NCBI RefSeq assembly: GCF_963921235.1
Contig: NC_086097.1
Coordinates: 40,984,001 to 41,048,000 of the forward strand
Length of the DNA stretch: 64,000 nt
Origin: Mobula hypostoma
Lineage: Eukaryota
Direction of reading: 5' to 3'
A program made the position numbers and the translations under genes. Positions 38,381 through 51,012 of the stretch are shown here, piece after piece. Every line of letters starts with the position of its first letter. The stretch's first letter is position 1. The notes below the pieces were generated by a model, which saw nothing but the letters and a program-made list of their open reading frames with translations, ran no database searches and was not told the DNA's origin.

Positions 38381-40354
38381 CTCCCCCCCCCCCCCGCCCA
38401 CCACGAATAGTCATGTCCTCATGACTTTGAAATAATTTGTCATCCCGTCATTAATAACACTGTTTTCAAAGGAATTGTGTGATGTCAGAACCTCTAATCC
38501 ATTTGTAAATGGCAGTGACATATCTCACTAGGGGGTTAGTTGCAATCCTCTGCTCCCCTGGTGCTACGTAGGCCAGCCCATCTGGAGGTCTCCTGACTCT
38601 TTGAGACCTCCTTATCCCATCATCTGTGTCTTCAGTTTCAGATACTCCTTGGGATACATCTGGTCTACCTGGCGAGGCCACCCCCATCTATTACTCGTGC
38701 CTTCCAGCAACTCAGATCCCTCTGCCACTTGGCTGAACTCAGCTTCAGCTTACTCTAGAGCCCAGCTCCCCTTCGTGGTCCAGCTGCAAACCTGCCTGTC
38801 CTCTGATAGTTCCCCCCCCCCACCACCCCCGATTTCACCTGCCTGAGTTTGAGAAGGGTTGGGAATCTCTTCCTCAATTAGTGGGGAGTCACCAAAAGGT
38901 AGCATATACCACATCCTAATTTCCTCATCCTCTGAATCTGTATCCCATTCAGGGGTGGGGCCAGGTCTAATTTTTCCTGCTGTTGGTCCTTCAGTCTCTC
39001 CATGTTGCCGCAGAGTCCTTTTACTGGGTGTAGGCTCCAGGTTGGGCTCTGGGTCAACCCGCACCTCTTGTCCCAGAGGCAGAAGGTGGTTTGATGGAGA
39101 ATCTTGACAGGACCATTCCCATCCTCTGGTTTCACCCAGAAAACTGTTATATTTGACATCTGACTCTCTTCTGCATAGGGCGGAGCTGCCCAGTGGTCAG
39201 CCAACTCCTGCTTCCCAGGTAGTCCCAAATTCTTTGAGGACTCGGTCTCCAGGCATGAGTTGGGAGAAACTAACCTTTTGATCATACCTCCTCTTACTTC
39301 CTTGATTCTACGTGGTAACCAAGACCTCAGCTAATTCATAAGCCTTTTTCAGATCCCTTCTCATATCAGAAACATACTTCAGATAAGTCTTCTGTGATAG
39401 ATCTTCCTCACCAGTCACAAAACAGAGGTCAACAGGCAACTTCGCCTCGTACCCAAACCTCAGATGATAAGGTGAATACCCGGTAGCTTCATTCTGTACA
39501 CAGTTGAAGCAGTGGACCAGATGTTGACTCCACTTGTTCTCTTTGCTGATCTCCAAGGTTCTGAGCATGTCCAGCAAGGTCCGATTGAACGTCCCGAACT
39601 GGAGATCACCCTGTGGGTGATAAGACGTAGTCCTTGACTTCTTGACTCCAAGCATGCTCGGTAACCCACGTATGAGCCTACTCTCGAAATCCCGTCAGTG
39701 ATCACTATGTATTTGCCTAGGGAGGCCATAATAAATGAAATACTTCTCCCATAACACTTTGGCCACTGTGGATGCCCTCTGATCCTTGGTAGGGAAGGCT
39801 TGCGCATACCTGGTGTAGTGATCAGTGATAACCAAGACATTCTCCACGTTGCTGGCATCTGGCTCTGTTGACAGGAAATCCATACACCAGAGGGGCTCCA
39901 CACTCTGCAAGTGGGACAATGGTGCGGCCCTTGTAGGCAGCATCCTCCTCTGTGTGCATCAAATGCACGACTTGCAGTACTCTACAACCTCTGGCTTCAT
40001 TCGGGGCCAGTAGAACCGGTCTCTGAGCAATCCATAGGTCTTGTCAACCCCCAGATGGCCAGAATCATCATGAAGCGACTTCAACACATTCCTCCGATAC
40101 TTCTCAGGCAGAACCAGCTGGGAGTGCGAAGGCTGGACCAAAGGCAATGTGACCCGGTATAGGATCTGGTTCCTCAACCCCAATCTGGGCCATTCTCTCA
40201 GTAGTAGAGACATCGCAAAGTGTTTCATCTTGTCTGCTTGGGTCATGTCCCCTTTTGCAACTGCTTTGTCTTCAGAGCAGTCAGTTTGCAGTAAGCTTCT
40301 GGAATGGCACCATCAAAAGCTCCCAATTGATCTTCCGCTCGATTCTACCCTTTC

Positions 40355-40527
40355 CTTTCCTCTGCCTTCCCAGTGATGGAAAACTGGCACATGTCTTTCA
40401 CTCCAAGGGCGGGAAAGAAAGAAAGAAAACTGGTCTCCCACTCTTTCCTCTGCCTTCCCAGTGATGGAAAACTGGCACATGGCTTTCACTCCAAGGGCGG
40501 GAAAGAAAGAAAGAACTGGTCTCTCAC
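40355..40527. repeat. 88-bp tandem duplication inside Gypsy pol
   Basis: CTTTCCTCTGCCTTCCCAGTGATGGAAAACTGGCACATG.. starts at both 40355 and 40443. Confidence 0.95.
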
Positions 40528-43500
40528 ACTTCGTCCCTGTCCAGCCCTTCATGCACACATTGGGACAAAGCATTAGCATCAATGTTCCTACTTTCCGGCC
40601 TGTACTTCAGGCTGAAATCACAGGCAGACAACGCCGCCAACCACCGATGGCCTGTGGCATCCAATTTTGCCGAGATCAGGATATAAGTTAGGGGATTGTT
40701 GTCCATCCTCACCTCAAACTTGGCACCATAGAGGTAGTAACTCAGTTTATCCACCACAACCCACTTCAATGCCATAAACTCCAACTTGTGCGTGGGATAA
40801 TATTTTCAGAGGGAGACAGACTCTGGCTGACAAACGCGACAGATCTCAACCCTGTGCCCTGATCCTGATACACCACTAAACCCTTTCTGCTGGCATCTGT
40901 ATGCAATAAATACACCACCAGGGGTCTGCAAAAGCCAGCAACTCTTTCAGCAACTGAAAGGCCTCTTCACATTTTGCATCCCATCTCACTCCAAAAGGCT
41001 CCGAAGGACTAAGATAATCTTTACTATCCTCTCTTTTTGTCCTCCCATTCTTCCCCAAGGGAAGGTAACCACACAGACGCTGATTTAAAGGGTGACTCAC
41101 TTCAGAGTAGTCCTTCCTGAACACCCAGTAGTACCCACAGAATCTAAGGAATGAGCGCAGAGCACTCACAGTCTGGAGCCTTGGCAATCAGGTTACCACC
41201 TCTATCTTAGGCGGATCTGTAACTACTCCATGCCGTGAGACTATGTGCCCAACAGCTTGCAAAACTGGTATTTGTCCAGGGAAGGTTTTAACCCTTCAGA
41301 TTTCAAGCGGCCCAGTACCTTCAGTAGGCTCGCTTCATGTTCTTCCAAGGTGGACCCGATCATCCAGATACACCCATACCTCCGGCATGTTTATACCCCC
41401 CACCATTTTCTCCATGACATGCTGGAAAGTTGCAAGGGCTGCTGATACATCATGGGGCATCCTGTCGAACTGGAAGAATGCCAGTGGACGTATGAATGCT
41501 GCCTTCCCTTTATCAGCCTCACTTATGGGGATCTGGTAATACCCACTCCTCAAGTCCAGCATACTGAACCACTTCACACCATTCAGGCAGTCCAGCACGT
41601 CCTCGATTCTCGGGACTGTATAAGGGTCGGGGACTGTATGTATGTTCAGAGTCCGATAGTCCACGTACATCCGTACCTTCCCATTTTTCTTCCTGGCCAC
41701 CAATATCCACCAATATTGGAGACGTATAAAAGCTTCTGGACTCAGTGATGATCCCAGCTTCTTTTACTTCTGCAGATGCTGCCAAAAGTTCTCCACCTCT
41801 GCACTGACCTTTCTCTGAGCAGGTGCCCTCTGTCACCTGGATAGTGTGGCAAGTACTCTTGGAACAACCCATGTCAAACTCGTCCATGGAAAAGACATCT
41901 TCCAGCTTCAATTCTCTATTAACCTCTTCTTCCAACCTCCAGGTACCAAATTTGAATGACTCAGCAGTCAACTTTCCTCTTTTCGGAGAGAGTTTCTCCC
42001 CGGCTTGACTCACAGGGACACTAGAGATTACCCGTCACCAGAAGGGGTGCGTCATTGGTATCCCCTGCCTGAGGGTGACTTCCCGCTGTGAAGTATTCCT
42101 GACATTCATTGTCATCCTGTTCACCTGTACAACCGAGGGCTTCTGCAGTTCAGGTCTCACCAGTACCCCAGCATGTAAACAGGACTCCTATTCATGGTCT
42201 TCCGGAGCATCCACCAACAGGGCCTCAGCGTCAGGCATTCTGGGAAATTTGGGGTTTCCCGTCACTCTCGCTATTTCCCTAGGCTGTATCCCGATTGGTT
42301 TAGACTTGGTGAACCACACTGTCCCTCATTTATGCTCATCGTCCAGCCCAATGCAGCCATGTACTTCCTCAAAAGCAGCTTAGAACACAGGGTGAATGGA
42401 CAATGTTTTCAGAAAGCTGTCTCCAATTTTCACCTTACAGGCTCCTACTAGCCTCCTCACAATAGGAAAATCCATCTCCACAAGAACTGAAGCTTTGTCC
42501 TTCTCAGCCGGGTCTGAACAAACCAACACTAATGCATCACGGACCTCAGCTACTCTCACATCTGCCTCTGAAAACTCCAGCTTCAATGACACGTAACCAT
42601 CGTACCGATAGTCATCCGTACTAAGGCCCCAGATCTCTAGTGCACTGAGTTACGTCAATGATAAATGCGTCAAATACCGGTTGTAAAACCAACGGTACAG
42701 CAGAGTAACCTGAGAGCCGGTGTCAAGTATGGCTCTGGCATAAATACCCTCGATCTGTAGTGATACACTGGAGCTTGGCCCCACTGAGCCTTCAGGACTA
42801 GGGTGTTTTGCTTTAGGGTGTTCCTTAATATATTGCTGGGAACGTGCTCCCCTCAAGACGCCAGGCCATTTCCTCACTGGGTCTCACCGCTTAGGTACCC
42901 GGGGGATCACTCTCTGGGGGAATTTACCATCCTTCACACTCCCGCCCGATGTGTCCCGCTTCACCACAATTATAACAGACAATACGGGTAGCAGCTCCCC
43001 TTCTTGCGGGACCCTGTTCGCTTGCAGCCTCTGCTTAGTGCATCCCCTCAGGGAGTCTGACTCCCTGTCAGCTTTATTATGTGGGGCGGGGGGGGGGGGT
43101 CACATCCACTGATAGCTACTGGGACATCTCAGTCCTAAACTTTGCCACAAGCTCCTTTATCCTTTACCACTCCCCAGGGTGGGTTATCAGTGGTCACTTC
43201 AGCCAAGGGGACTACTACCGAGGACTGTACCCTGCTGACCAAGGCCTCCCACGCCCCCATCACATTCTCCTCCTCTCTTACTTCTCTGATCAGCTCGAAA
43301 AATGAAGGAGGGGGGGCACATCTTACAAGACATTTGGAGACCCTAAGTGATCAGGTCCAGTGACTGGGCACCTTTCGCCACTTGGTCCATCCGAACTCAT
43401 TCACCTCAGCTGTTTGAATGCCCCCCCTCCTTACTCCGCAAGCCACTCAGCTGCCTCTCTAGCCGAAAAATGTAGGTGGAAAGTTTCTCCCCCTTTTCCT

Positions 43501-43962
43501 GGAACATGTTCTGAAACCCCATCATAAGCTCCAATGGGCTTCCCTTCACACTAAACACATTTTCTAGTGCTTGCATGTAGCCTGCAGAGGTAGCAAAGGG
43601 GTTCTGTGTCTTTAAGGATCTCATTATATCAGCAGTTGGTCCCATCAAACGTTCAACCAATCGCTATCTTTTTATGGCATCAGAGCACTGCCACTCATCC
43701 AGCATCTGAGAGGTCTGCTCTGTCCAAGTCCCATACTCCTCTTTCCCCTAGGGGCTGAGCTTCACCCCTGAGAACATTCTCAGCTTTTGATAGCTAGGAC
43801 CCTCCGACTGTGCACTGGGCCATTGATTCACCAGAGAGGTAAGAGCTAATACTAACTCACTCCTCGCTGAGGGAGTCATTAGACATTTCAAATCAGACCA
43901 CTCCTTCTCCTCGCTCCACAGAAACGAGATCAACTTGTCTTTGAAGTCTCTGCCCCCAGCTA

Positions 43963-44283
43963 TGGTCTGCGTGAAAGCACACAGCACTTTCAGCATGTCG
44001 CTCACGTCCATCTTGAACAAAAGGGTCTCCCACCGGGTTGTGTCCTATGACCGGTTCTCCCCAGCGTCTTCTCTCTTCAACTCCAGCCAATCTCAAGCCC
44101 AAGCCCAACCTTATTTTCCCTCACCGAGGAAAACCTTCCGCTAATTGGATGGCACACATTCCACATTATCCCTTATCTTCAACAATAACCCAAACAGGCT
44201 GAAAGCAGAACAAATGGCTCCCACAGAGCTGCCAGATGAAACACCTACAGCATAACAATAAAGATGTAGACCAGGGCATTTCT
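43963..44283 (-). repeat. Gypsy 5' LTR, truncated
   Basis: Shares CAGATGAAACACCTACAGCATAACA and GGGTCTCCCAC blocks with 38185-38380; abuts gag with no PBS visible. Confidence 0.8.
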
Positions 44284-45904
44284 CTATCGTCTACAAACTC
44301 TGCCACAAAGCTATCAATTTCATTATCGAAATTATTGACAAACAATGTGAAAAGTAGCAGTCCCAACACTGACCCCTGAGGAACACCACTAGTCACTGAC
44401 ATCCAACCAGAAAAGTCCTCCTTTATTCCCACTCGCTGCCTCCTGCCTGTCAGCCATTGCTCTATCCATGCCAGTGTCTTTCCAGTAACACCATAGGGTT
44501 TTATATTGTTAAGCAGCCTCATATGTCTGGCACCTTAGCAAATACCTACTGAAAATCCAAGTAAATGACATGAACTGCCTCTCCTTTGTTCACCCTGCTT
44601 GTTAATTTTCCAAAAAACTCTAACAGATTTGTCAGGCAAGATTCCCTTCACAGAAACCATGCTGCCTTTGACTTACTTTATCATTAGTTTCCAAGTAGCC
44701 CGAAACCTCATCCTTAATAATAGACTCCAACACGTTCCCAACCACTGTGGTTAGGCTAACTGGCCTATAATTTCTTTTCTTTTGCCTTCCTCCTTTCCTA
44801 AGGGGTGGAGTGACATTTGCAGTCTTCCAGTCCTCTGGCACCATGCAGAATCAAGTGATTTTTGAAAGATCATGACCAATGTATCCATTATCTCTCCAGC
44901 AATCTCTCTCAGGACTCTGGAATGTAGTCTATTTGGTCCAGGTGACTTATCCACCTTAAGACCTTTGAGCTTGCCTAGCACTCACTCCTTCTCCCTGACA
45001 CCTGCGGACCTCTGGCACACTGCTAGAGTCTTCCACAGTGAAGACTAATGCAAGATACCCATTAAGTTCATCTGCCATTTCTTTGGCCCCCCATTACATC
45101 CTCACCAGCATCATTTTCCAGTAGTCCAATGTCAACTCTCACCTCCCTTTTACTCTTTATATAACTGAAAAAACTTTTGGTATTGTACTTTATATCATTG
45201 GCTAGTCTGCTCCTTATTTAATCTTTTCCCTTCTTGTCTCTTTTTAGTTGCCTTTTGTAGAATTTTAAAAGCTTCCTAATCATCCAACTTCCTACTCTCT
45301 TTTGCTGCCTTGTATGCCCTTTCCTTGGCTTTTATGCAGTCCTTAACTTCCCTTGTCAGCCACTGTTGCCAAGCCTGCCATTTGAGAGCTGCTACGTCTG
45401 TAGAACATGTCTATCCTGTACCTTATAAAGTATTCCCAGAAACTTTAACCATCTCGGCTCTGCTGTCATCCCCACCAGTATCCCTCTCCAATCCACCTGG
45501 GCAAGCTCTTTTCTCGATCCTCTGTAATTCCCTTTATTCCATTGCAATACTGATACATTGGGAGTTATGCTTGCCACTCTCAAATTGCATTATGCATTCA
45601 GTCATATTATGATCACTGCCTCCTAAGGGTTTCTTTTCATTAAGTGCCCCAATAAGATCTGGTTTAATACCCCTCTTTTATAGAGACTGTTTTTTTAAAG
45701 CTCTTCACTAGACCTGTGAGGGCACGCTTCTGTTGTGTCTGCACAGTAATACAATCAAGAGCGCTGGTTCATTCTTCCATCTCCAACAATAAGCCTTCAT
45801 CTTCTTATATTATTTTCCCATGCAACAATAAGAATTACAACATCCTTCCTTTTATCGCTTCCGTTCTCACCACCTTGGACCCAAAGATACATGCACGTCT
45901 AGAT

Positions 45905-46600
45905 TACCACACGCAAAATGCATGAGGAATTCAGCATGTCAGACAATACCTCTGGAGGAGAATAAACATTTGACATTTCAGGCCAGGACTAGAAAGGAAG
46001 GGGACAGAAGCCAGAATAAGAAGGTGGGGGAGGAGAACAAGCTGGCAGGTGATAAGTGAGATCCTTCCCTGAAGACTGTTACCTTGTCATGGTGGAGAGG
46101 CTTGTGAGTTGCTGACATCCAGAGAGTGATGCCATCTGGAGATTAGCTCCTGGTAGGGTCATCCATAACAGTAAGGTAAATGGGGGTAGGGGTATTCCAG
46201 GCAAAGAGTGATCCAACAAAGACTTCAACGTGGAGCTGGCGGAAGATAATACATCACGATGGCAGTGAAGCTGAAGGAAGACTGCAGCAGTGAAGGATCC
46301 CATGTCGTCTTGAACTCCATCCCACTGGACCCTGATGTCAATTTGTCAAAGACAAAGCTTCAGCCTCTCCACATTGAAAAATGTCACACCGAGGCATTCT
46401 CCATTAAGGGCAAGCCCTTAGGAAAACATCATACTCGACTTGAATGATTGTATTACTACTACTACTACTACTAAGTAGTTCTTCCTTCGTCTGCCCCTTT
46501 CCTTTCTAGTCCTGATGAAGAATCTCAGCCTGAATTGTTGACTGTTTATTCTCCCTCATAGATGCTGGCTGACTTTGAATTCCTCCAGTATTTTGTGTCT
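45905..46600. mobile_element. Palindromic Penelope-terminus derivative with an internal insert
   Basis: Left arm 45905-46055 is inverted relative to the right arm 46480-46600 (GACTAGAAAGGAAGGGG / CCCCTTCCTTTCTAGTC). Decayed CTGATGA hammerhead at ~46512. Confidence 0.7.
46058..46472 (+). mobile_element. Short non-autonomous RTE-related element (RTE-like 5' UTR plus (ACT)n tail)
   Basis: CCTTGTCATGGTGGAGAGGCTTG..GATGCC..GGTAGGGTCATCCA..GGT resembles RTE/Rex3/BovB 5' ends as recalled. (ACT)6 tail. Possible TAAGT duplication at 46053 and 46472. Confidence 0.5.
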
Positions 46601-48325
46601 TCACTGGTACTGAAATATCATTGGTTTGGAAAAGTTAGCATAAAAATAAAGTTTGCAATGAAATTTAGCCAAGAACAGGAGCCGTATGTTTTATACATCA
46701 ACCAATATTACAGACTGGAGATTATTTTCTAAATTAGATTAATGATGTAGAGAAATATAATAAGCACAAATTGATTTCAGTTGAGATATTTAATATGAGC
46801 ATTGGTAACAGTCTTGCAATTAAATTTGGTGTTAGAGAAAGCTAAAGCCATAAATCTTTTATTCCTTTGACTGAATATGACACTGGAGCTTATAACAGAG
46901 ATGTGTCTTTCCATTCAAAAAATAACCAATGACTTTTGCTAATGTTGAGATGAATTAAAAAGGTCGACCTTATTGATTGTTTGCTGCATTAATTTGAGAG
47001 AAATATTAGAACCATATTGACGTGATCTCCATTGGTTCCACTGCTATTTTTCACATGGTTTGAGATAACCTGTCCTCACCTATGGAAAATAAGAATCAGA
47101 AAGATACTCCTCATGTTATAATTACTCTAGTTTTCCTCCTTTCTCCTTTCTTTGGAATCATTATTTCCACTTCTATTTTGATTTATTGCAACATAGTCTT
47201 GGGAGTCTTGGAGGATGACAAAGTGCTGAATTTATTTCTTTTATAAATAAACATTTATACAGATTAGCACCCTGGCAACTACAACTCCAGATCAACAACA
47301 ATCACAGATTTAATTGCTCCCTGCAGATTGAAAAATGGTAACAGACCCAAAAAGTCTACAGGAATGCAACTTATGTCTGAAGGTACACTATATGGGGGGG
47401 GGGGGGGGGGAAGGGGTGCCTGGTCTTACTTTGCTGCCAGTGCTCCAGAGTTGCATGTGGTTGCAATAGATGGATCTCTACAAGACAAATGTGATGATGG
47501 ACAGGTAAGGGGAATGAGGAAGACACTCTATCCCTTGACCAGCTGATGTGTGATCACAGGTAGTAGACTGTATGCAATCGGTCACGGTGCTGTTGAAGAC
47601 GAGGAGCTTCTGCTATCTTAATCAATACTGAGGCATCTTTAGTAGAGCCCAGGAGAGACATAGAACCAACTGAAACCATCTTGGGAGTCACTTTAGGAGG
47701 TGATGTGACACGGCAGGCAGGAGAGGTGATCAGGAATCCAAGACAAAACAGAAACTGAAGAGGCCAATGAGACAGCCACCTGCCCATACTCAGTGTCACC
47801 AAATCATTAAAGACTACCTGAGTATTATCAATCCTTCTCCAAAAGCACAGCCGTCCCTCCAGCCTGTTCATTATACTCAGATGGTGAACACTGTCACAAA
47901 ATCAATGAACTACTGAAAACCACAAGCTGGTATATAATGACTTTTTTTTCAAAATTCATGTTTGTGGAGCTCCAGAATTAAAAATGATCTTTGTGCAAAA
48001 CCCCTGCTACCTGTTTTCTGTGCTGAGTATCATGTTCCATTGTTTTAACGAACTTCTTCCCCTGTGGCAACAGCTTAGGTGGTAGGAAAGATTCAAATTT
48101 CTGCCGAGAGCGGCTGAGATTCCTCCAGTAGTTTCCCTTGGGCTTAGATGATCTGGTTACAAACTGATGATCTGATGGAGATTGAGTTGGTGTGGCTGAT
48201 TGGAGCCACCAACTGTGTGGGAGGCTGGGGAATTGCGTAGCATTGTCCTGCCATAGCATCTCAGCATGGACAGTGCCCTCCCTAGATTAGGGTCAGGAGT
48301 AAAATGGCACAATTCGTCCAAAAAT

Positions 48326-49822
48326 TGGGCACCACAGGAGCATCGGGGTTAGCATGATGCCATTGCAGCTTGGGACGTTCCAGGCACAGACACGAGGAAA
48401 TCTGCTGAGGCTGGAAATCCAAGAAACACAAACAAAAAACTGGAGGAACTCAGCAGGCCAGACAGCATCTATGGAAAAGATTAAACTGTTGATGTTTCAG
48501 GCTGAGACCCTTCATCAGGACTGGAAAAAACGATGAGAAGTCAGAGTAAGAAAGTAGGGGGAGGGAGAAGCGAAACCAGGAGAGGGGGAAGGGGTGAAGT
48601 AAAGAGCTGGGAAGTTGATTGATGAAAGAGATAAAGGGCTGGAGAAGGGGGAATCTGACGGGAGACGATAGAAGACCATGGAAGAAAGGGAAGGAGGGAG
48701 AAGCACCAGAGGGAGGTGATGGGCAGGCAAGGAGGCAAGGATATAGTGTGAGAGAGGGGAATGGGAATGGTGAAGGATAGTCGGGGGGGGGGTAATTACT
48801 GGAGTTTGAGAAATTGAGACAGCAGAAGTTAAGAAGAATGATGTGCTAGACACGGAGGCTGGTGGAGAGGTAGGTGAGGACAAGAGGAATCTGATCCCTG
48901 GTACCTACTGTATCCGGTGCTGCTGGAGTGGCCTCCTGTATATTGGTGAGACCTGATGTACATTTGGGAGACCACTTTGCTTAGCACCTACGCTCTGTCA
49001 GCCATAAGAAGCAAGATCTCCCAGTATCCATCCATTTCAATTCTACTTCCTAATCCGACATGTCAGTCCATGGCCTTCTCTACTGCTGTGATGAGGTCAC
49101 ACTCAAGTTGGAGGAGCAACACTATTTATTCTGTCTGGGTAACCTCCAACCTGATGGCATGAGCATCAATTTCTAGAACTTTCCGTAAATGCCACCACCC
49201 CCCACCCCACCATTCCCCATTCCCATTTCCCTCTCAACTTGTATCTTTACCTCTCCATTACCTCCCCCTCCTGCACCTCGCCCTCTCCTCCTCCTCCCCT
49301 TCCCATTCTTCCATGGTCTTCTATCCTCTCCCATCAGATTCCCCTTTCTCCAGCACTTTACCTCTTCCACCAGTTAACTTCCCAGCTCTTTACTTCACCC
49401 CTCCTACTTTCCAGGTTTCACCCATCACCTACTACTTTGTTCTTTTCTCTCGCCTCCCCCACCTTCTTACTCTGACTTCTCTTTCTTTCCAGTCCTGATG
49501 AAGGGTCTCGGCCCAAAGCGTCGACAGTTTATTCATTCCGATAGACATAGCCTGGCCTGCTGAATTCAACCAGCATTTTGTGTGGGACGTTCCAGAGTTC
49601 AGATTTCAATTCATGTGCCTTCTGTAAGGGGTTTGTATGTCTCCCTGTGAGTATGTGGATTTCCTCCGGTACTCCAGTTTCCTCCCACTTGAAAGACATA
49701 ACAGTTAGTAGGTCATTGTAAATTGTCCTGTGATTAGACTAGTTTTAAATAGGCGTGTTGCTGGGGTTGGTGCAGCTCGCTGGGCTGCAAAGGCCTATTC
49801 CCCCTGTATCTCTAAATAAAAT
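48326..49822 (+). mobile_element. V-SINE interrupted between its A and B boxes by a Penelope derivative
   Basis: Head at 48326-48383; body resumes at 49596 with TTCAATTC, the V domain and an AAATAAAA tail. Confidence 0.75.
48384..49582. mobile_element. Penelope-like derivative with inverted pseudo-LTRs and a GIY-YIG remnant, 13-bp TSD
   Basis: TSD TGGGACGTTCCAG at 48371-48383 and 49583-49595. YCIRCCWSGLLYIGET at ~48906-48953. Decayed hammerheads at 48487-48522 (-) and 49491-49526 (+). Confidence 0.88.
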
Positions 49823-50744
49823 CCATATTTCACTTCTTCCTTTGAATGCTGGATCATTGGAAAAAGCAGTGTGAACTTCCAGTGAAACTATTAAAGGTGT
49901 GACCTGTGTCTGTCATTCTGTGGGCCATTGTGCAGTGTCTGTTGAGCCAAACACGCAGTCTACATTTGACTGAAATATTCCTGTGCTCCATGTGAATACC
50001 TCCATGTGCCAGCCTGTCGTGTACACTGACATACATGACCACCGCCAGGCCTTCAGAAATTCTTTTTTAAGAGCTTGAGACTCTAAAAAGAGCACTCAAC
50101 CCATTCTGCAGGAGGGGATTAAATCAGCTCTTTACCAAGCCTACTGTGGGGGTCCTAACCATTTGACTCAAGATCCTGAGGATTGTGTTGAGGATTTCCA
50201 ACTGAGCTTTTGAATGGCGTGGGGTGGCAATTTATGAACTGGTGTTTCAGTGCTGACATGTACTCAGTAGGGCTGTTTTTCTTATCTTCAACTAGACCCT
50301 GGATCTGTGAGGGCAGCTAGCAAAGGAAGGTGGGGACAAAGATTAACGGCTAATAGCCAAGGGAGCACAGAGAGCTGCAAAGCAGCTGGGACATGCCAAA
50401 GTTGTGTTCTTCAAAGTGGGTTTTGGAAGAGATGGCGCTGAGATGAGATGAGGTGAGGTAACTAGGCAATGGATGGCTTGGGGAATTGCATTTCTCATAT
50501 TTGAAAGACAGCAGAGGATGACAAAGTCAGCAGAGTGATTTTGAAGCAAGATATACCAGTTGTCAGAGACAACAGCTGACTGCAGTGAGATGGGGGAAAG
50601 TGGAGCAGAGTGCTCAAAGTCAGAAAATGTGTGGGAGCAATGGATTGTGCGTAGCTAAGAAAAAGCAAGAGCTAAAAGCAGGGATCTTCAGTTTAAGAGT
50701 GGGGACCTGAAATCATTCAAATCATTCCTGTTGTTCTATTATAT

Positions 50745-51012
50745 ATTTATTTATTGAGATCCCTTACAATCCTATGAGCTGCACCGCCCCAAAATCCCCC
50801 TGATTTAATCTGAGCCTGATCACAGGACAATTTACAATGACCAATTAACCTACCAACCAGTACTTCTGTGGACTGTGGGCTGAAACCAGAAAACCCAGAG
50901 GAAACCCATGTTGTCATGGGCAGAATGTACAAACTCCTTACAGGCAGCGGTGGGAATTGAACCTGCGTCGCCTGTACTGTAAACCGTTAAGCTAACCACT
51001 ATGCTACCACAC
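50745..51012 (-). mobile_element. tRNA-derived V-SINE
   Basis: Reverse strand: TAGCATAGTGG A box, GGTTCAATTCC B box, V domain; same family as 1341-1627. Confidence 0.8.

Larger units (their letters stand above)
37902..44283 (-). mobile_element. Gypsy/Ty3 LTR retrotransposon with PNMA-like Gag, decayed
   Basis: On the - strand in order: Gag (YQKLRMFSG; ERLMGPTADIM..LENVF..QEKGEKLSTYIFRLE), protease (ILDTGSQVT), RT (RMYVDYRTLN, LDLRSGYYQ, YLDD), RNase H (EFMALKW, DNNPL), integrase (HDDSGHLG..CKSC, MDFL, TDHYTRY). Imperfect 4-bp TSD GTAT/CTAT. Confidence 0.92.
36985..45670 (-). mobile_element. CR1 LINE split by the Gypsy insertion (own sequence about 36985-37901 and 44284-45670)
   Basis: ORFs 37083-37442, 37423-37806, 44166-44522, 44632-44844. 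The RT motif F.DD|TKIGG is cut at the Gypsy boundaries. Confidence 0.88.
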
